DNA of 64,000 bases from NCBI GenBank assembly GCA_963827685.1, contig CAWHBU010000003.1, forward strand, positions 224,001 through 288,000, in the 5' to 3' direction. Below are positions 52,462 through 63,877 of the stretch, piece by piece; the stretch's first letter is position 1, and every line of letters starts with the position of its first letter. This DNA is from an uncultured delta proteobacterium. Lineage in GTDB: Bacteria; Desulfobacterota; BSN033; UBA1163. The translations under genes were made by a program, and so were the position numbers. The notes beneath the pieces were generated by a model. That model searched no databases. It was not told the origin of the DNA and saw only the letters and a list, made by a program, of their open reading frames with translations.

Positions 52462-52896
52462 TTAACTCTTCATTTTATCCACCCGCTTTTTAAGCACCTC
52501 ACTGGCCAAGTTGATATTTCTCTGACCATAATCGGCGATAAAAGCAGCCAGGGCTTCGAGATCCATATTGTTCTGATAGGTTGCTAATTTCAGCAACATG
52601 GGAAGGTTGACTCCCGTGATCACTTCAATCCTCTTCTCTTCTAAGAAGGAGAGGCTGATATTGGAAGGGGTTCCCCCATACATATCCGTTAGGATAAGTA
52701 CCCCTTTTCCGACATCCACTTTTCGGATGGCAGAGATGATCTTTTCCCGGATCTCCTCGGATCCTTCCTTCGGATCGATCGAAACAGGTTGAAACTGTCT
52801 TAACTCTTCCCCCACCACCAACTGAGCAGCACAGATCATCTCCTCAGCCAGGTGGCAATGCGTCACCACAATCACCCCAACCATCTCTTTCCTCAT
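52462..52896 (-). CDS. PTS EIIA, mannose/fructose type
   Basis: VVTH, DMYGGTPSN, GVNLPML. Confidence 0.9.
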   Translation of the reverse strand: MRKEMVGVIVVTHCHLAEEMICAAQLVVGEELRQFQPVSIDPKEGSEEIREKIISAIRKVDVGKGVLILTDMYGGTPSNISLSFLEEKRIEVITGVNLPMLLKLATYQNNMDLEALAAFIADYGQRNINLASEVLKKRVDKMKS

Positions 52897-53846
52897 CCCT
52901 TCTCCGCATCGCGGTGTTCTACAGACAGAAACACTCCCCTCTTCGTCAATTCGTCCCGGAGCACCTCTGCCAATCGGTTGACGATGACAACGGACCGATG
53001 TCTCCCACCCGTACATCCTACAGCAATGGTCAAATGGGTCTTCATCTCCTTTTCATAGAGGGGAATAAGAAACCGAATCAGATCTTGAACGTGTCGCAAA
53101 AACTCTTTTGTCTCTTCCCACTGTAGGACATATTCCGATACCTTGGGATGATCCCCCTTCAATCGTTTCAGCTCTTCAACAAAATAAGGATTGGGTAAAA
53201 AACGAACATCCATCAAGAGGTCCGTTTCAAAAGGAATCCCAAAGCTATATCCAAAGGAAAGGAGGGCGACCGTCATCTGGCTTGAACCCCTTCCCTCCTG
53301 GGCATACTGCTGGACTTTTTCTTTCAGCTGATGGACATTTAATTGGGATGTATCAATCACCTGATTGGCCATATCCCGAATGGCTTGAAGTCGTTTTCGT
53401 TCCAACTGGAGCCCTTCTCGGATAGATCCGCCAACCGCCAAAGGATGCTGACGACGGGTCTCGCTGAACCGCCTCATCAGAATGGGGTCGGAAGACTCCA
53501 AAAAGAGAATTTCGATCGGGTAACCCTCCCTTTTCAAGTCCTGGATGATCCGTCTCGAATCTTCTAAGAAATCCATCTCCCCTACCGTACTCCCTGTCTG
53601 CCCCGAACCAGCACGGTTCAGGGCCTGCTGGGAGAGAGGGTAGGAGGCTTCTCCGCGAATGTCCTCCACCACTGCCACCTTGGAAATCTTTCCGTCTGAC
53701 TGCCCACAGAGTTCTATGAATTTAGGTAAAAGGAGGATGGGAAGGTTATCGACACAATAAAAGCCAACATCTTCTAAGGCTTTAATGGCCGTGGTTTTGC
53801 CCGACCCGGAAAGACCGCTGATCAGAATCACTCGCAGGTTCTTCAC
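52893..53846 (-). CDS. rapZ: RNase adapter RapZ (YvcJ)
   Basis: GLSGSGKT, DNLP, RFLPNP, GCTGGRHRSV. Confidence 0.93.
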   Translation of the reverse strand: MKNLRVILISGLSGSGKTTAIKALEDVGFYCVDNLPILLLPKFIELCGQSDGKISKVAVVEDIRGEASYPLSQQALNRAGSGQTGSTVGEMDFLEDSRRIIQDLKREGYPIEILFLESSDPILMRRFSETRRQHPLAVGGSIREGLQLERKRLQAIRDMANQVIDTSQLNVHQLKEKVQQYAQEGRGSSQMTVALLSFGYSFGIPFETDLLMDVRFLPNPYFVEELKRLKGDHPKVSEYVLQWEETKEFLRHVQDLIRFLIPLYEKEMKTHLTIAVGCTGGRHRSVVIVNRLAEVLRDELTKRGVFLSVEHRDAEKG

Positions 53847-54811
53847 TCCACTTCACCCTCAACCTCAACTCTGTCTCTCCCTCTCTCTTCCATCTTGCGG
53901 AGGAGTTTTTTCTCAAACTCCAACGCCGAATCGTATCCCATCACTTTCAAAAGGTGATTGCGGACAGCCACTTCGATGATGGTCGTCAAGTTCCGAGCGG
54001 GCGTGACGGGGATTCTAAACATCGGAAGCTCAATGTCCAAGATGGAAAATTTTTCCTCTTCAAACCCCAAGCGGTCGTACTCCCTCTGGGCATCCCACTC
54101 CGTCAGCTCCAGGACGAGCTCAATTTTCTTCTTATCGCGAATGGCCTCAACCCCAAAAAGGCTCCGGATGTTGATGATCCCCAATCCCCGGATCTCCATG
54201 TGGTGTTGGATCACTTCAAAACCACTTCCAATCACGGATGAGGGAGATCGCTTCTGAATATGAACCATATCGTCCGCCACCAGTCGGTGCCCTCGAAGAA
54301 TCAGATCCAAAGCACATTCACTCTTCCCGATCCCGCTTTTGCCCAGGATGAGGAGGCCCACCCCGAAGACATCCATCAGCACACCGTGGAGGCTGCTCGT
54401 AGCGGAAAGTTTCTCTTCTAAGAATTTGGTGACCCGCTCAATGAAATCGAAAGAACGCATATTGGTCCGAAATACAGGGATCCCCTTCTCATCGGCTTCC
54501 CGAAGGAGAAGTTCAGGAATCTCCAAACCCCGGGTGATGACCAAACAGGACAACGGGAGGCTGCAGATCTGATGGATCACCTTCTCCTGCATCTCGTGAG
54601 TCAGCGTTTTAAAATAAGCCATTTCCGTATTTCCGATGATCTGAAGACGCTCTGGATTGATGAATTGGATAAAACCCGTCAAGGCCAATCCCATCTTTTG
54701 GACTTGCGAATGGGTAATCTTCTTTTTGAGCCCCCTTCGCCCGGCCATCAGGGTCAGCTCCAAATGGTGTTCCCGACTCTGCTCCAATTCTTGTACGATG
54801 AGACTGTTCAT
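53843..54811 (-). CDS. hprK: HPr kinase/phosphorylase
   Basis: HGVL, GKSGIGKSE, ADD, EIRGLGII. Confidence 0.95.
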   Translation of the reverse strand: MNSLIVQELEQSREHHLELTLMAGRRGLKKKITHSQVQKMGLALTGFIQFINPERLQIIGNTEMAYFKTLTHEMQEKVIHQICSLPLSCLVITRGLEIPELLLREADEKGIPVFRTNMRSFDFIERVTKFLEEKLSATSSLHGVLMDVFGVGLLILGKSGIGKSECALDLILRGHRLVADDMVHIQKRSPSSVIGSGFEVIQHHMEIRGLGIINIRSLFGVEAIRDKKKIELVLELTEWDAQREYDRLGFEEEKFSILDIELPMFRIPVTPARNLTTIIEVAVRNHLLKVMGYDSALEFEKKLLRKMEERGRDRVEVEGEVE

Positions 54812-54814
54812 CGA

Positions 54815-55279
54815 CTAATATTTCTCATCCTCTCCAGAGATGATTTGAAAAAGCTCCTTCTGGGAAGGAGCCTCCATCAATCTTTTTTTGAAGGAAGATT
54901 CTTTGAGCAGGGTGACGATACGACCCAAAAGCTTTAGATTATCGACAGCCGAATTCTCTGGAGCCATCACTAAAAAAAAGAGCTGGCTGGGTTTTCGATC
55001 GATGGAATCAAAATCCACGCCCTTGAGGGAACGGCCGAAAGAGATGAAGAATTTTTTTAACTTTTTCAACCGACCATGGGGGATGGCAATCCCTTCTCCG
55101 ATCCCCGTCGATCCCAGTTTTTCCCGATCAAAGAGCACTTGAAGCAGCTCTTCAACAGACGTGACCTGGCAGGGCTTTACCAAGACGCTTGATAACTCCT
55201 TCAGAATGGATGGCTTGTCCGTTCCCTGCAAGTCCGGAATCACCCACTCTTCATTCAGATAGTCCATGATCTTCATCAT
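54815..55279 (-). CDS. ptsN: PTS EIIA-Ntr
   Basis: REKLGSTGIGEGIAIPH. Confidence 0.9.
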   Translation of the reverse strand: MMKIMDYLNEEWVIPDLQGTDKPSILKELSSVLVKPCQVTSVEELLQVLFDREKLGSTGIGEGIAIPHGRLKKLKKFFISFGRSLKGVDFDSIDRKPSQLFFLVMAPENSAVDNLKLLGRIVTLLKESSFKKRLMEAPSQKELFQIISGEDEKY

Positions 55280-55400
55280 TTCCCCTCGACCGGAACGTGC
55301 CCCGCAAGCCCCGCCTTGTAGCGGGGTCAAGGGGCACATTATGAAATGAAAATACCTTGCCGGGAAGCCCCGCCCTGTGGGCGGGGAGGTTCATGCCCCT

Positions 55401-55946
55401 CTATTTGGGATGAGGCTCGACCCACCCGTAACCCCCGTTTTTTGAGCGATAGACGACATTCATCTGCCCGGAATCCGAATTGATAAATACTAAAAAATCC
55501 TTCTTCGAAAGGTGCAATTGAGAGAGCGCCTCCTTAAGAGACATGGGTTTGGCAATGGTACGTTTCCTCTGGACGAGGAAAGGAATGCTTCCTTCTTCTT
55601 TTCCGTCTCCGACCTTTCCACTCCGTGGGAGGGGAATCTTTGAAGAAGAGGACGTCGCTCTCTTACGTCTTACTTTCTCCCTCCGCTCGCGAATCTGTCG
55701 CTCCATCTTATCCACCATCTGATCGATGGCGGCGTAGAGATCGTTGTCCCTCCCCTGGCTATTAAAAGCTCCTCCGTTCCCGACCATCGTGATTTCTGCA
55801 ATATGCCGGAATTTTTCCACCGCTAAAACGACATGAACTTCCCTCGGGTTCTCAATATATTTTTGAAGCTTCTCCACCTTCTCTTTCACATAAGCCTTGA
55901 CGCCTTCGTCGGTCTCCATATGTCGAAATGTCACCGAAACCTGCAT
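55401..55946 (-). CDS. hpf: Ribosome hibernation factor, long HPF
   Basis: 'DLYAAID', C-terminal 'KPMS..EA...F'. Confidence 0.9.
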   Translation of the reverse strand: MQVSVTFRHMETDEGVKAYVKEKVEKLQKYIENPREVHVVLAVEKFRHIAEITMVGNGGAFNSQGRDNDLYAAIDQMVDKMERQIRERREKVRRKRATSSSSKIPLPRSGKVGDGKEEGSIPFLVQRKRTIAKPMSLKEALSQLHLSKKDFLVFINSDSGQMNVVYRSKNGGYGWVEPHPK

Positions 55947-56020
55947 GGGTCAGCTCCTTATCTTCATCAAAGTTCATCGGCTTCGTAGCAAAGGGGTACA
56001 TGGGAACGATCCGGTTACGA

Positions 56021-57482
56021 TTAAACGATTTTCCTCCGTTCGTTGGAGGAGAGGATCCTCATCATCTCCCGATATTTCGAAACGGTCCTCCGGGCAATAT
56101 GGATGTTCATTCCCTGGAGGATTTGAACCAATTTCTCATCGCTGTAAGGTTTCTTCGGATCCTCTTTAGCGATGATCTCCCGAACCAGATTCTTGACACT
56201 TTCCGAAGCCATCGTCTCTCCCTGCGTGGAGGTGATCCCCGCATTGAAGAAGAATTTCAATTCATAAATGCCTTGGGGAGTATGAGCATATTTGTTGTGG
56301 GTAACCCGGCTAATCGTGGACTCGTGCATCTGGATATCTTCTGCCACATCCCGTAGCACAAGGGGTTTGAGAAATTGAATCCCTCTATCCAAGAATTCTC
56401 TCTGAAATTTCACGATGCTTTTCGCCACCTTGTAAATCGTCCTTTGCCGTTGGTGAATGCTGCGGATCAGCCAGAGGGCGGATCGGAGTTTTTCCTGAAT
56501 GTATTTTCGGTCCCCTTCCGGAGCGAGACGGTTGCCATTGAGGATATTCCGGTAAAGAGAATTGATCTTGAGCCTCGGGACCCCATCATCGTTCAGATAA
56601 ATGACATAATCCCCCTCCACCTTGTGGATATAGACGTCAGGGATGATTTCTTGGATCACCTCTCCTCCGAAGGCCTTGCCAGGTTTGGGATCCAATTTGG
56701 AAATGAGAGAGGCGGCGCGATTCACTCGATCCAGAGATACCCCTAACCGTTTGGCAATGGCTGGATAATTTCGATTCTTCAATAGCGAAAGATGTTCGGA
56801 AACAATCTTTTCTGCCAGGGAATCTCGGGGGCTCATCTGCTCCAGTTGGATGAGAAGACATTCTTTTAAGTCTCTCGCCGCCACGCCTACCGGATCAAAT
56901 TGTTGAATTTTTAGGAGGACTCGCTCGACCTCCTCCATCAGAAGATTGGTTTCCGAACAGATATCTTCCAGGGAAATCTTCAAGTATCCATCTTCATCCA
57001 GATTTCCGATGATCCACGTCCCGATTTCATGCTCTCCCTCTGTGAAATGTGAGAGTTGAAGTTGCCAATGAAGATGATCCGTGAGGGTTGTTCTCTTGGT
57101 GAGAAAATTTTCAAAGGACGGTCTTTCTTCCCCATCCTGAGAGCTCCGAGGACTCTTCTCAAATGGGGTGAGGTTGGAATTTTCTAAATAGTTCTCCCAA
57201 TCGAACTCATCTGCCCCCTGCCCATTGCCTTTTACTTCCGGGGTACGCTCAGGTTCTGGAGAAGTCTCTGTCTCTTCCTGTTCGGCCACCGGGGCTTCGC
57301 CTTCTGCGAGCTCCTTCCCCTCCTCCGCTTCTTCCAGGAGTGGGTTCTCCTTCATCTCCTGGCTGATCAGGTCTACCAGTTCAAGACGCGTTAATTGGAG
57401 AAGCCGGATCGCCTGCTGAAGCTGAGGAGTGATCACCAACTGTTGAACGAGCTTCACTGATTGTTTGAGCCTCTAAGACCAT
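56021..57482 (-). CDS. rpoN: RNA polymerase sigma-54; apparent +1 frameshift at codon 4-5 (about 57470)
   Basis: TPQLQQAI, HESTISR, ARRTVSKYRE; removing one G restores MVLELKQSVKLVQQL. Confidence 0.95.
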
Positions 57483-57483
57483 C

Positions 57484-58278
57484 TTACTCCCATCGTCTCC
57501 CCTGTGCAGGGGAATTTACATCCCTTTTCTCTTCCCCATCGCTACGGCGTCTTCCCCCCAACTCGAACCCATCTCCCAGATAGATCTTTCTCGCCTTTTC
57601 GCTTTGAGCGATCTTTTCGGGACTCCCTTCTTCCAAGATTCGCCCCTCATTGAGGATATACGCCCGGTCGCAAACTCCCAATGTTTCTCGAACATTGTGA
57701 TCAGTAATTATAATTCCAATCCCCTTTGATTTCAATTGACGGATAATGGTCTGGATATCTAAAACGGCGATGGGGTCAATCCCTGAAAAAGGCTCATCCA
57801 AAAGGATGAAAGAAGGTGAAAGCACCAGGGCTCGTGTAATCTCCACCCGTCTGCGTTCTCCTCCCGAGAGAATATAGGCCTTCTGTCTCCGCAGCGAGGA
57901 GAGTCCCAACTCGTTCAAGAGCTTCTCCAATCGGTCTTTACTCTCCTCTTTGGAGAGCGGGAGGGTCTCCAAAATTGCCATCAGATTCTCTTCGGTTGTC
58001 AGCTTTCTAAAAACAGACGGTTCCTGAGGAAGGTACCCTATCCCTTTCCTCGCCCTTAAATACATGGGGAGGGAACTGATCTCCTCATCATTGAGATAGA
58101 TCTTCCCGCCGTTGGGTTGATACAGCCCGACGATCATATAAAAAATGGTGGTCTTTCCTGCACCATTGGGTCCCAACAATCCCACTACTTCTCCCCCTTG
58201 GATCTCAATATTTACCGAATCCACAACCTTCTTATGACGAAATGACTTGGTTAAACTCTCACATAAAATGTGCGACAT
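57484..58278 (-). CDS. lptB: LPS export ABC ATPase
   Basis: GPNGAGKT, LSGGERRR, DEPF, TDHNV. Confidence 0.95.
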   Translation of the reverse strand: MSHILCESLTKSFRHKKVVDSVNIEIQGGEVVGLLGPNGAGKTTIFYMIVGLYQPNGGKIYLNDEEISSLPMYLRARKGIGYLPQEPSVFRKLTTEENLMAILETLPLSKEESKDRLEKLLNELGLSSLRRQKAYILSGGERRRVEITRALVLSPSFILLDEPFSGIDPIAVLDIQTIIRQLKSKGIGIIITDHNVRETLGVCDRAYILNEGRILEEGSPEKIAQSEKARKIYLGDGFELGGRRRSDGEEKRDVNSPAQGRRWE

Positions 58279-58384
58279 GGTTCTTCTCATCACAGTTCGG
58301 AGTTTTTAGGGTATTAGAAATTTAGTTCGGAGTAATTTAGTTCGGAGACTTAAAAACTCCGAACTCCGAACTCATAACTCCAAA

Positions 58385-58954
58385 CTATTTTTTTTTGCCT
58401 TCCCCTTCCTCTTTGGGCGGTGGAGTAATGCTGGTGCTGACTCGCCCCCCTTTTCCCGGTTCCACAACGCTCCTCTCCTCTTCGACGTAGAAGGTGATTC
58501 GCTCCCCTCTGATGACATTCGTCCCTTCACGGACCACCGCGTCCCCGTCCAGAACCACCTTATTCTTATCCTGATCGAAGGTGACCTTCTGGCCGGTTGC
58601 CCGGCGATCCAATTGGACGACCTTCACATTGCCGGTCGCTATAATCTCCTTCAGTTTTTTCGTGTCGGGATCGTAAATGACAACCAGCGTATTGGCATAG
58701 AGCGTCATGTCCTCCTGTTTGGCTATCACATTTCCTTTGAAAGTGACCCGGTTCTGTTTCTGCTCTCCCTCTACCGTGTCTGAGGTGATATCGATGGGGG
58801 CACGGCTGGCAGTAAATCCGAAACCCCTACCGGTCTTGAGTGCGCTCTCTCCGCCTTTTCCACTCCCCTTTTTTTCCTGGGCCTGTCCGGAAGCGAATAA
58901 GAGAAAAAGGGAGACCAGAATGACGACAAGACCGATTCCCTTGCTTGGCTTCAT
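58385..58954 (-). CDS. lptA: LPS transport periplasmic protein
   Basis: OstA-like beta repeats; synteny. Confidence 0.88.
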   Translation of the reverse strand: MKPSKGIGLVVILVSLFLLFASGQAQEKKGSGKGGESALKTGRGFGFTASRAPIDITSDTVEGEQKQNRVTFKGNVIAKQEDMTLYANTLVVIYDPDTKKLKEIIATGNVKVVQLDRRATGQKVTFDQDKNKVVLDGDAVVREGTNVIRGERITFYVEEERSVVEPGKGGRVSTSITPPPKEEGEGKKK

Positions 58955-59523
58955 AGCTTTTTTTTACCTCTCAGTTGAGTCTTAACCTGGCTGAGAACCT
59001 TAAACGTCTTGGCATCCATATTTACCAACATCCCTTTGCCCGTCAATCGAATCTGTTCTCCTTCGATCTCTACGGGATCTTGGGTTCTGATGATCTTTTC
59101 CGAATCGCAATAGGAAGCGGAATGGGTCTTCAGCTGATAGCCATCGCTCGTAGAGAGCACGACATCGCCCTCCACATCAATATCCTTCGATTTTTGATTC
59201 ACCTTTCCTTTCTTGCTCGTGAGTAAAAACGTCCGTCCTTCCTTGGCGTAATAAGTTACCTTTATGTCCTCTAAAACCGAAATGTTCTCATCCTGATATA
59301 CCTGAACAGATTTCGCTTCCAACTCCCAGGTCTTCTGACCGTGTTTATCCTCCACAAAGTGAACCTCTTTCAGTTCCTGGTCATGGCGGCCAGTGGAAAC
59401 AATTTGAGGCTTCTCGACTGCTTCCGATTTTTTTCTCTCCTGGAGATTCACCCAAAGCCTCACGAGAACAATCCCACCGATCAATAAAATAGAAATCAAG
59501 ATGGCAATCTTAAGTCTTTTCAT
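58951..59523 (-). CDS. lptC: LPS export protein
   Basis: N-terminal TM, 'WELEA'; synteny. Confidence 0.85.
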   Translation of the reverse strand: MKRLKIAILISILLIGGIVLVRLWVNLQERKKSEAVEKPQIVSTGRHDQELKEVHFVEDKHGQKTWELEAKSVQVYQDENISVLEDIKVTYYAKEGRTFLLTSKKGKVNQKSKDIDVEGDVVLSTSDGYQLKTHSASYCDSEKIIRTQDPVEIEGEQIRLTGKGMLVNMDAKTFKVLSQVKTQLRGKKKL

Positions 59524-59599
59524 ATGTGAGTCCTGAGTTCGGAGTTTAGAGTTCGGAGTATCATTATCTCCGAACTCCGAACTAATCACTCCGAACTAT

Positions 59600-60568
59600 T
59601 TACACCACCCCCGCCTTCAGAAGATCATGAAGATGAATGACCCCCGCGGGGACTCTATCTCCTGCTTTGTTGAAAACAAAGAGGGAAGTAATCGAATACT
59701 CCTCCATCCTCTGTACTGCTTTCGCCGCCAAGGCATCTTTCTCAATCCACTTCGGGTTTTTCGTCATTACCTCAGAGGCCTCCCGATTGAAGAGATCGCT
59801 GAATTTTTCCAAAGCCCGCCTCAGATCCCCATCCGTAATCACGCCGACCAGGTGTCCTTCTATGTTGCAGACTCCAGTCACCCCTAATCGTTTTGAGGTG
59901 ATCTCAAAAATCGCATCCTTCATCAACGTCTTCTCCGATACCATCGGAAAGGCATTTCCAAAGTGCATCAGGTCTTCCACTTTCAGGAGAAGCCTCTTCC
60001 CCAATGCCCCGCCCGGGTGGAGGATAGCAAAATCTTCTTTTTTGAAATCTCTCTTTCCCATGAGAGCAATGGCTAACGCATCTCCCAGGGCGAGGGTGGC
60101 TGTGGTGCTGGCTGTGGGGGCCAGACCAAATGGACAGGCCTCCTCTTTCACATGAACATTGAGGTTCACATCCCCGGCCTTCGCCAGGGTGGAGTTCAAA
60201 TTTCCAGTGAAGGTGATCAGCCGATTTCCATATCGTTTGATGAGAGGCAATGCTTCCAAAAGCTCTCGAGTCTCTCCGCTATTGGAGATGGCGATGATCA
60301 CATCCTGCTTCGCCAACATCCCAAAATCTCCGTTCAGTCCTTCTGCGGGATGAAGGAAAAAAGATGGGGTCCCTGTGCTGGCAAATGTGGAAGAGATCTT
60401 CCGGCCTACCAGTCCCGATTTCCCCATGCCCATGAGTACCACTTTCCCTTTACAGTGATAGAGTAATTCGACCGCCCGTGAGAGATTCTCATCAATTCGC
60501 TCTGCCAAATCGAGAATGGATTGGGCCTCTACTTTTAATACCCGCTTCGCCTCTTTCACAATATCCAA
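59600..60568 (-). CDS. kdsD: Arabinose-5-phosphate isomerase (SIS + CBS)
   Basis: GMGKSG, STGTP, APTASTT, HPGGALG; TTG start. Confidence 0.92.
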   Translation of the reverse strand: MDIVKEAKRVLKVEAQSILDLAERIDENLSRAVELLYHCKGKVVLMGMGKSGLVGRKISSTFASTGTPSFFLHPAEGLNGDFGMLAKQDVIIAISNSGETRELLEALPLIKRYGNRLITFTGNLNSTLAKAGDVNLNVHVKEEACPFGLAPTASTTATLALGDALAIALMGKRDFKKEDFAILHPGGALGKRLLLKVEDLMHFGNAFPMVSEKTLMKDAIFEITSKRLGVTGVCNIEGHLVGVITDGDLRRALEKFSDLFNREASEVMTKNPKWIEKDALAAKAVQRMEEYSITSLFVFNKAGDRVPAGVIHLHDLLKAGVV

Positions 60569-60696
60569 TGACTCCTGTCTCCTTTCGAATTCCACCACTC
60601 TCTCCGCTCCGTCGCTAAAGCTATGGAGCGTCAACGACCTCCCCCTCAAGACCTGCCGTGCCGTAGGCACGGGGGAGCGCTGGGAGGGGGTGAACG

Positions 60697-62400
60697 CTAT
60701 GCGCTATGTGTTATGCGATCCGTATGTAGCTTTGAACTTCTGGTCTTTCCCTTAACCTTCGACCTTTTCCCTCGCCGAAGGGAAGCCTTGATGAACTCCC
60801 TGAAAAGAGGATGGGGATCCATGGGTTTCGATTTAAACTCCGGATGGAACTGACATCCAAGAAACCACGGGTGGCCTTTCAGCTCGACGATCTCGATTAA
60901 CTCCTTATCAGGAGAGACGCCGCTGAATACCATTCCTGCTTTTCCTAAACTATCCATATAGGCATTATTGAATTCGTAACGATGCCGGTGTCGCTCGTTG
61001 ATCAACTTTTTACTATAGGCCTCAAGAGCCAAGCTTCCCTCTTCGAGCTTGCAGGGATAGGCGCCCAGCCTCATCGATCCACCCTTCTCCGAATCACAAG
61101 TACGTTTCTGAACGGTCTGATTACGATCCACCCACTCCTCGAGTAGATAGATCACAGGGTGTGGAGTATGGGCATCGAATTCCTCACTATTCGCCCCTTT
61201 TAGGCCGGCGCAGTGTCTGGCGATCTCAATCACCGCACACTGCATTCCCAGACAAATCCCAAAGTAGGGAATCCGTTTCTCCCTGGCATATTGAATCGCC
61301 TTGATCTTCCCTTCAATCCCCCTGGTCCCAAACCCTCCGGGAACGAGAATGCCATTGGCCTCCTTGAGAAAATGTTCTGGTCCTTCCTTCTCGATCTGCT
61401 CCGAATCGATATATCTCAGATTCACCCTGGCATCGTTCGCAATGCCTCCGTGAATCAACGCCTCGGATAAACTCTTGTAGGATTCAACCAGGCTAACGTA
61501 TTTTCCCACTACAGCGATCGTGGTTTCGAAACGGGGATATTTGACCCTTTTGACGACACGCTCCCACCCTTTCAAATTCGGGCGCCCCGTCCAGATATTC
61601 AGTTTCTCGACAATCTTCTCATCCAGTCCCTCCTGATGAAAGACAACAGGGACTTCATAAACCGTCTCCACATTCTTGGCCGTGATCACCGCATCTTTAT
61701 CCACATTACAAAAGAGGGCGATTTTCGCTTTCACATCGGGAGAAAGCAATCGGTCGGTCCGGCAGAGAAGAATATCGGGTTGGATACCTATTTCTCGGAG
61801 TTCCTTCACACTATGTTGAGTCGGTTTGGTCTTTAACTCCCCAGCTGTTTGAATATAAGGCACCAGAGTGAGGTGAATGTAAAGCGTGTTTTCCCTGCCC
61901 ACATCTCCTCGAATTTGTCGGATCGCCTCCAAGAAAGGAAGGCTTTCAATGTCGCCGACGGTCCCCCCCACCTCAATGATCACAATGTCTACATCCTGGG
62001 CCAGGTCGAAGATCTTGGACTTGATCTCATCGGTGATATGAGGGATCACCTGGACGGTACTGCCCAGGTATTCCCCCTTTCTCTCTTTGGAGATGACCGA
62101 ATCATAGATCTGTCCGGTGGTGAAATTATTTTTCTTCGACGTCTTGACATTGGTGTAACGCTCATAGTGTCCTAAATCGAGATCCGCCTCTGCACCGTCA
62201 TCGGTCACGTAGACCTCTCCATGCTGGAAAGGATTCATGGTGCCTGGGTCTACATTGATGTAGGGATCGAACTTGAGAAAATTGACTTTCAACCCCCTGA
62301 GTTCCAGGAGCGATCCAATGGATGATGACGCCAATCCCTTCCCCAAAGACGAAACCACGCCTCCGGTCATAAATATATATTTTGTCCTCGTATTCGCCAA
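60697..62400 (-). CDS. pyrG: CTP synthase
   Basis: [32 protein letters not shown]. Confidence 0.97.
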   Translation of the reverse strand: MANTRTKYIFMTGGVVSSLGKGLASSSIGSLLELRGLKVNFLKFDPYINVDPGTMNPFQHGEVYVTDDGAEADLDLGHYERYTNVKTSKKNNFTTGQIYDSVISKERKGEYLGSTVQVIPHITDEIKSKIFDLAQDVDIVIIEVGGTVGDIESLPFLEAIRQIRGDVGRENTLYIHLTLVPYIQTAGELKTKPTQHSVKELREIGIQPDILLCRTDRLLSPDVKAKIALFCNVDKDAVITAKNVETVYEVPVVFHQEGLDEKIVEKLNIWTGRPNLKGWERVVKRVKYPRFETTIAVVGKYVSLVESYKSLSEALIHGGIANDARVNLRYIDSEQIEKEGPEHFLKEANGILVPGGFGTRGIEGKIKAIQYAREKRIPYFGICLGMQCAVIEIARHCAGLKGANSEEFDAHTPHPVIYLLEEWVDRNQTVQKRTCDSEKGGSMRLGAYPCKLEEGSLALEAYSKKLINERHRHRYEFNNAYMDSLGKAGMVFSGVSPDKELIEIVELKGHPWFLGCQFHPEFKSKPMDPHPLFREFIKASLRRGKRSKVKGKTRSSKLHTDRITHSA

Positions 62401-62417
62401 AAGATCCTCCCTTTCTC

Positions 62418-63656
62418 TCAGCACGAACAATGGGGATTTAAGAATTTTTCGATCAATTCAAATCCCTTTTCAATAAAGATTCCGGACTGACCTGCAGAAA
62501 CTTCATCAAATGCTTTCCCATGGGCGGACGTGGCCCCATCCTCATTGGAATAAATGACAAAAGGAACTGGATCGGCAGTGTGCGTTCTAACAGAAAGAGG
62601 AGTGGGATGATCGGGGAGGACCAAAACCTTATACCGTTTGAATTCCTTCATCCCTCTCAAGATGGCCCCTACGATCTTTTCGTCGAACGCCTCAATGGCT
62701 TCGATCTTCAATCGAAGATCTCCCATATGGCCCGCTTCATCAGGGGCCTCCACATGAATATATACAAAATCCTTTTCCCTTAAACCTCTCAGGGTATACT
62801 GCCCCTTCCCATCATAATTCGTATCAAAGTATCCTGTGATCCCAGGGACCTCCAGCACTTCCAACCCTGCCAAGATTCCAATCCCCCTGATCAGGTGGAC
62901 TGCTGAGATTACATAGCCGTCCATCCCGAATCGTTCCTTCAGTGTGATCATCTGGGGCGAACGGCCCTGACCCCAGAGCCAGATGGAGTTGGCCGGGGGA
63001 AGCCCCTTCGCCTCACGGGCGTGATTGACAGGATGATTCTTGAGAAGTTGCTGAGATTCTTTCATTAGAGTCAGGACAGGTTCTTTCATTTGAGGGAGGA
63101 AAGGGGATATTTCCTTACCAGTGATATCATGAGGAGGGGGGATTTCCAGTCTTTCCATGTTTGAGAACTTGGCCGCTCCATTTTTCATGACCATCAAATG
63201 CCGATAGCTCACTCCTGCATAGAATCGAATCTCATTGGTCGCCAGTTCTCTATTCAAATCAACGATGACTTTGCTGGCTTCCTCATTCGTGATGTGACCG
63301 GCAGAGAAGTCTTCCATCACGATTTTATTTCCATGAAATTTTAGGGTAACCAGATTACATCGGAAAGCAATATCATCCGCCTTAAGTTCGACCCCCAGGC
63401 TAGCGGCCTCCAAAGGACCTCTTCCGGTATAATAACGGACGGGATTATATCCGAAGATGGAAAGGTTGGCGATCTCACTACCCGGGTTAAAACCCTCAGG
63501 GATTGTCCTGACCAACCCAATCTCACCCTGGTTTGCCATCCAATCCATGTGGGGGGTCCTGGCTGCCATCAGTGGAGTCTTCCCTCCAAGACTCTCAACC
63601 GGGTAGTCTGCCATCCCATCCCCCACAATAATAACATACTTCATCTTTTCAGGCAT
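62418..63656 (-). CDS. apgM: Cofactor-independent phosphoglycerate mutase (ApgM type)
   Basis: [27 protein letters not shown]. Confidence 0.9.
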   Translation of the reverse strand: MPEKMKYVIIVGDGMADYPVESLGGKTPLMAARTPHMDWMANQGEIGLVRTIPEGFNPGSEIANLSIFGYNPVRYYTGRGPLEAASLGVELKADDIAFRCNLVTLKFHGNKIVMEDFSAGHITNEEASKVIVDLNRELATNEIRFYAGVSYRHLMVMKNGAAKFSNMERLEIPPPHDITGKEISPFLPQMKEPVLTLMKESQQLLKNHPVNHAREAKGLPPANSIWLWGQGRSPQMITLKERFGMDGYVISAVHLIRGIGILAGLEVLEVPGITGYFDTNYDGKGQYTLRGLREKDFVYIHVEAPDEAGHMGDLRLKIEAIEAFDEKIVGAILRGMKEFKRYKVLVLPDHPTPLSVRTHTADPVPFVIYSNEDGATSAHGKAFDEVSAGQSGIFIEKGFELIEKFLNPHCSC

Positions 63657-63726
63657 TTCCTGACATCCTCAAAACCTCTAAATATACCAAAAACTTACAA
63701 ATGTCAAATGAAAAGCAAAAGGCGAA

Positions 63727-63743
63727 AGCAAAAGGCATGCCAA
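63727..63743 (-). promoter_or_regulatory. Putative sigma54 promoter upstream of apgM
   Basis: TTGGCATGCCTTTTGCT, GG-N10-GC. Confidence 0.55.
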
Positions 63744-63877
63744 ATCTTAGGGAGGGGTTGGAAGATTAACCCTTAACCTTTGGAAGGACCGCCTCTCTTG
63801 CATGACGGACCACCCTTTCCTTCTCCACTCTGTTCTCCTTGCTCTGGCTATGCAGAGGAGGGTTTAGACGCCCCCTT

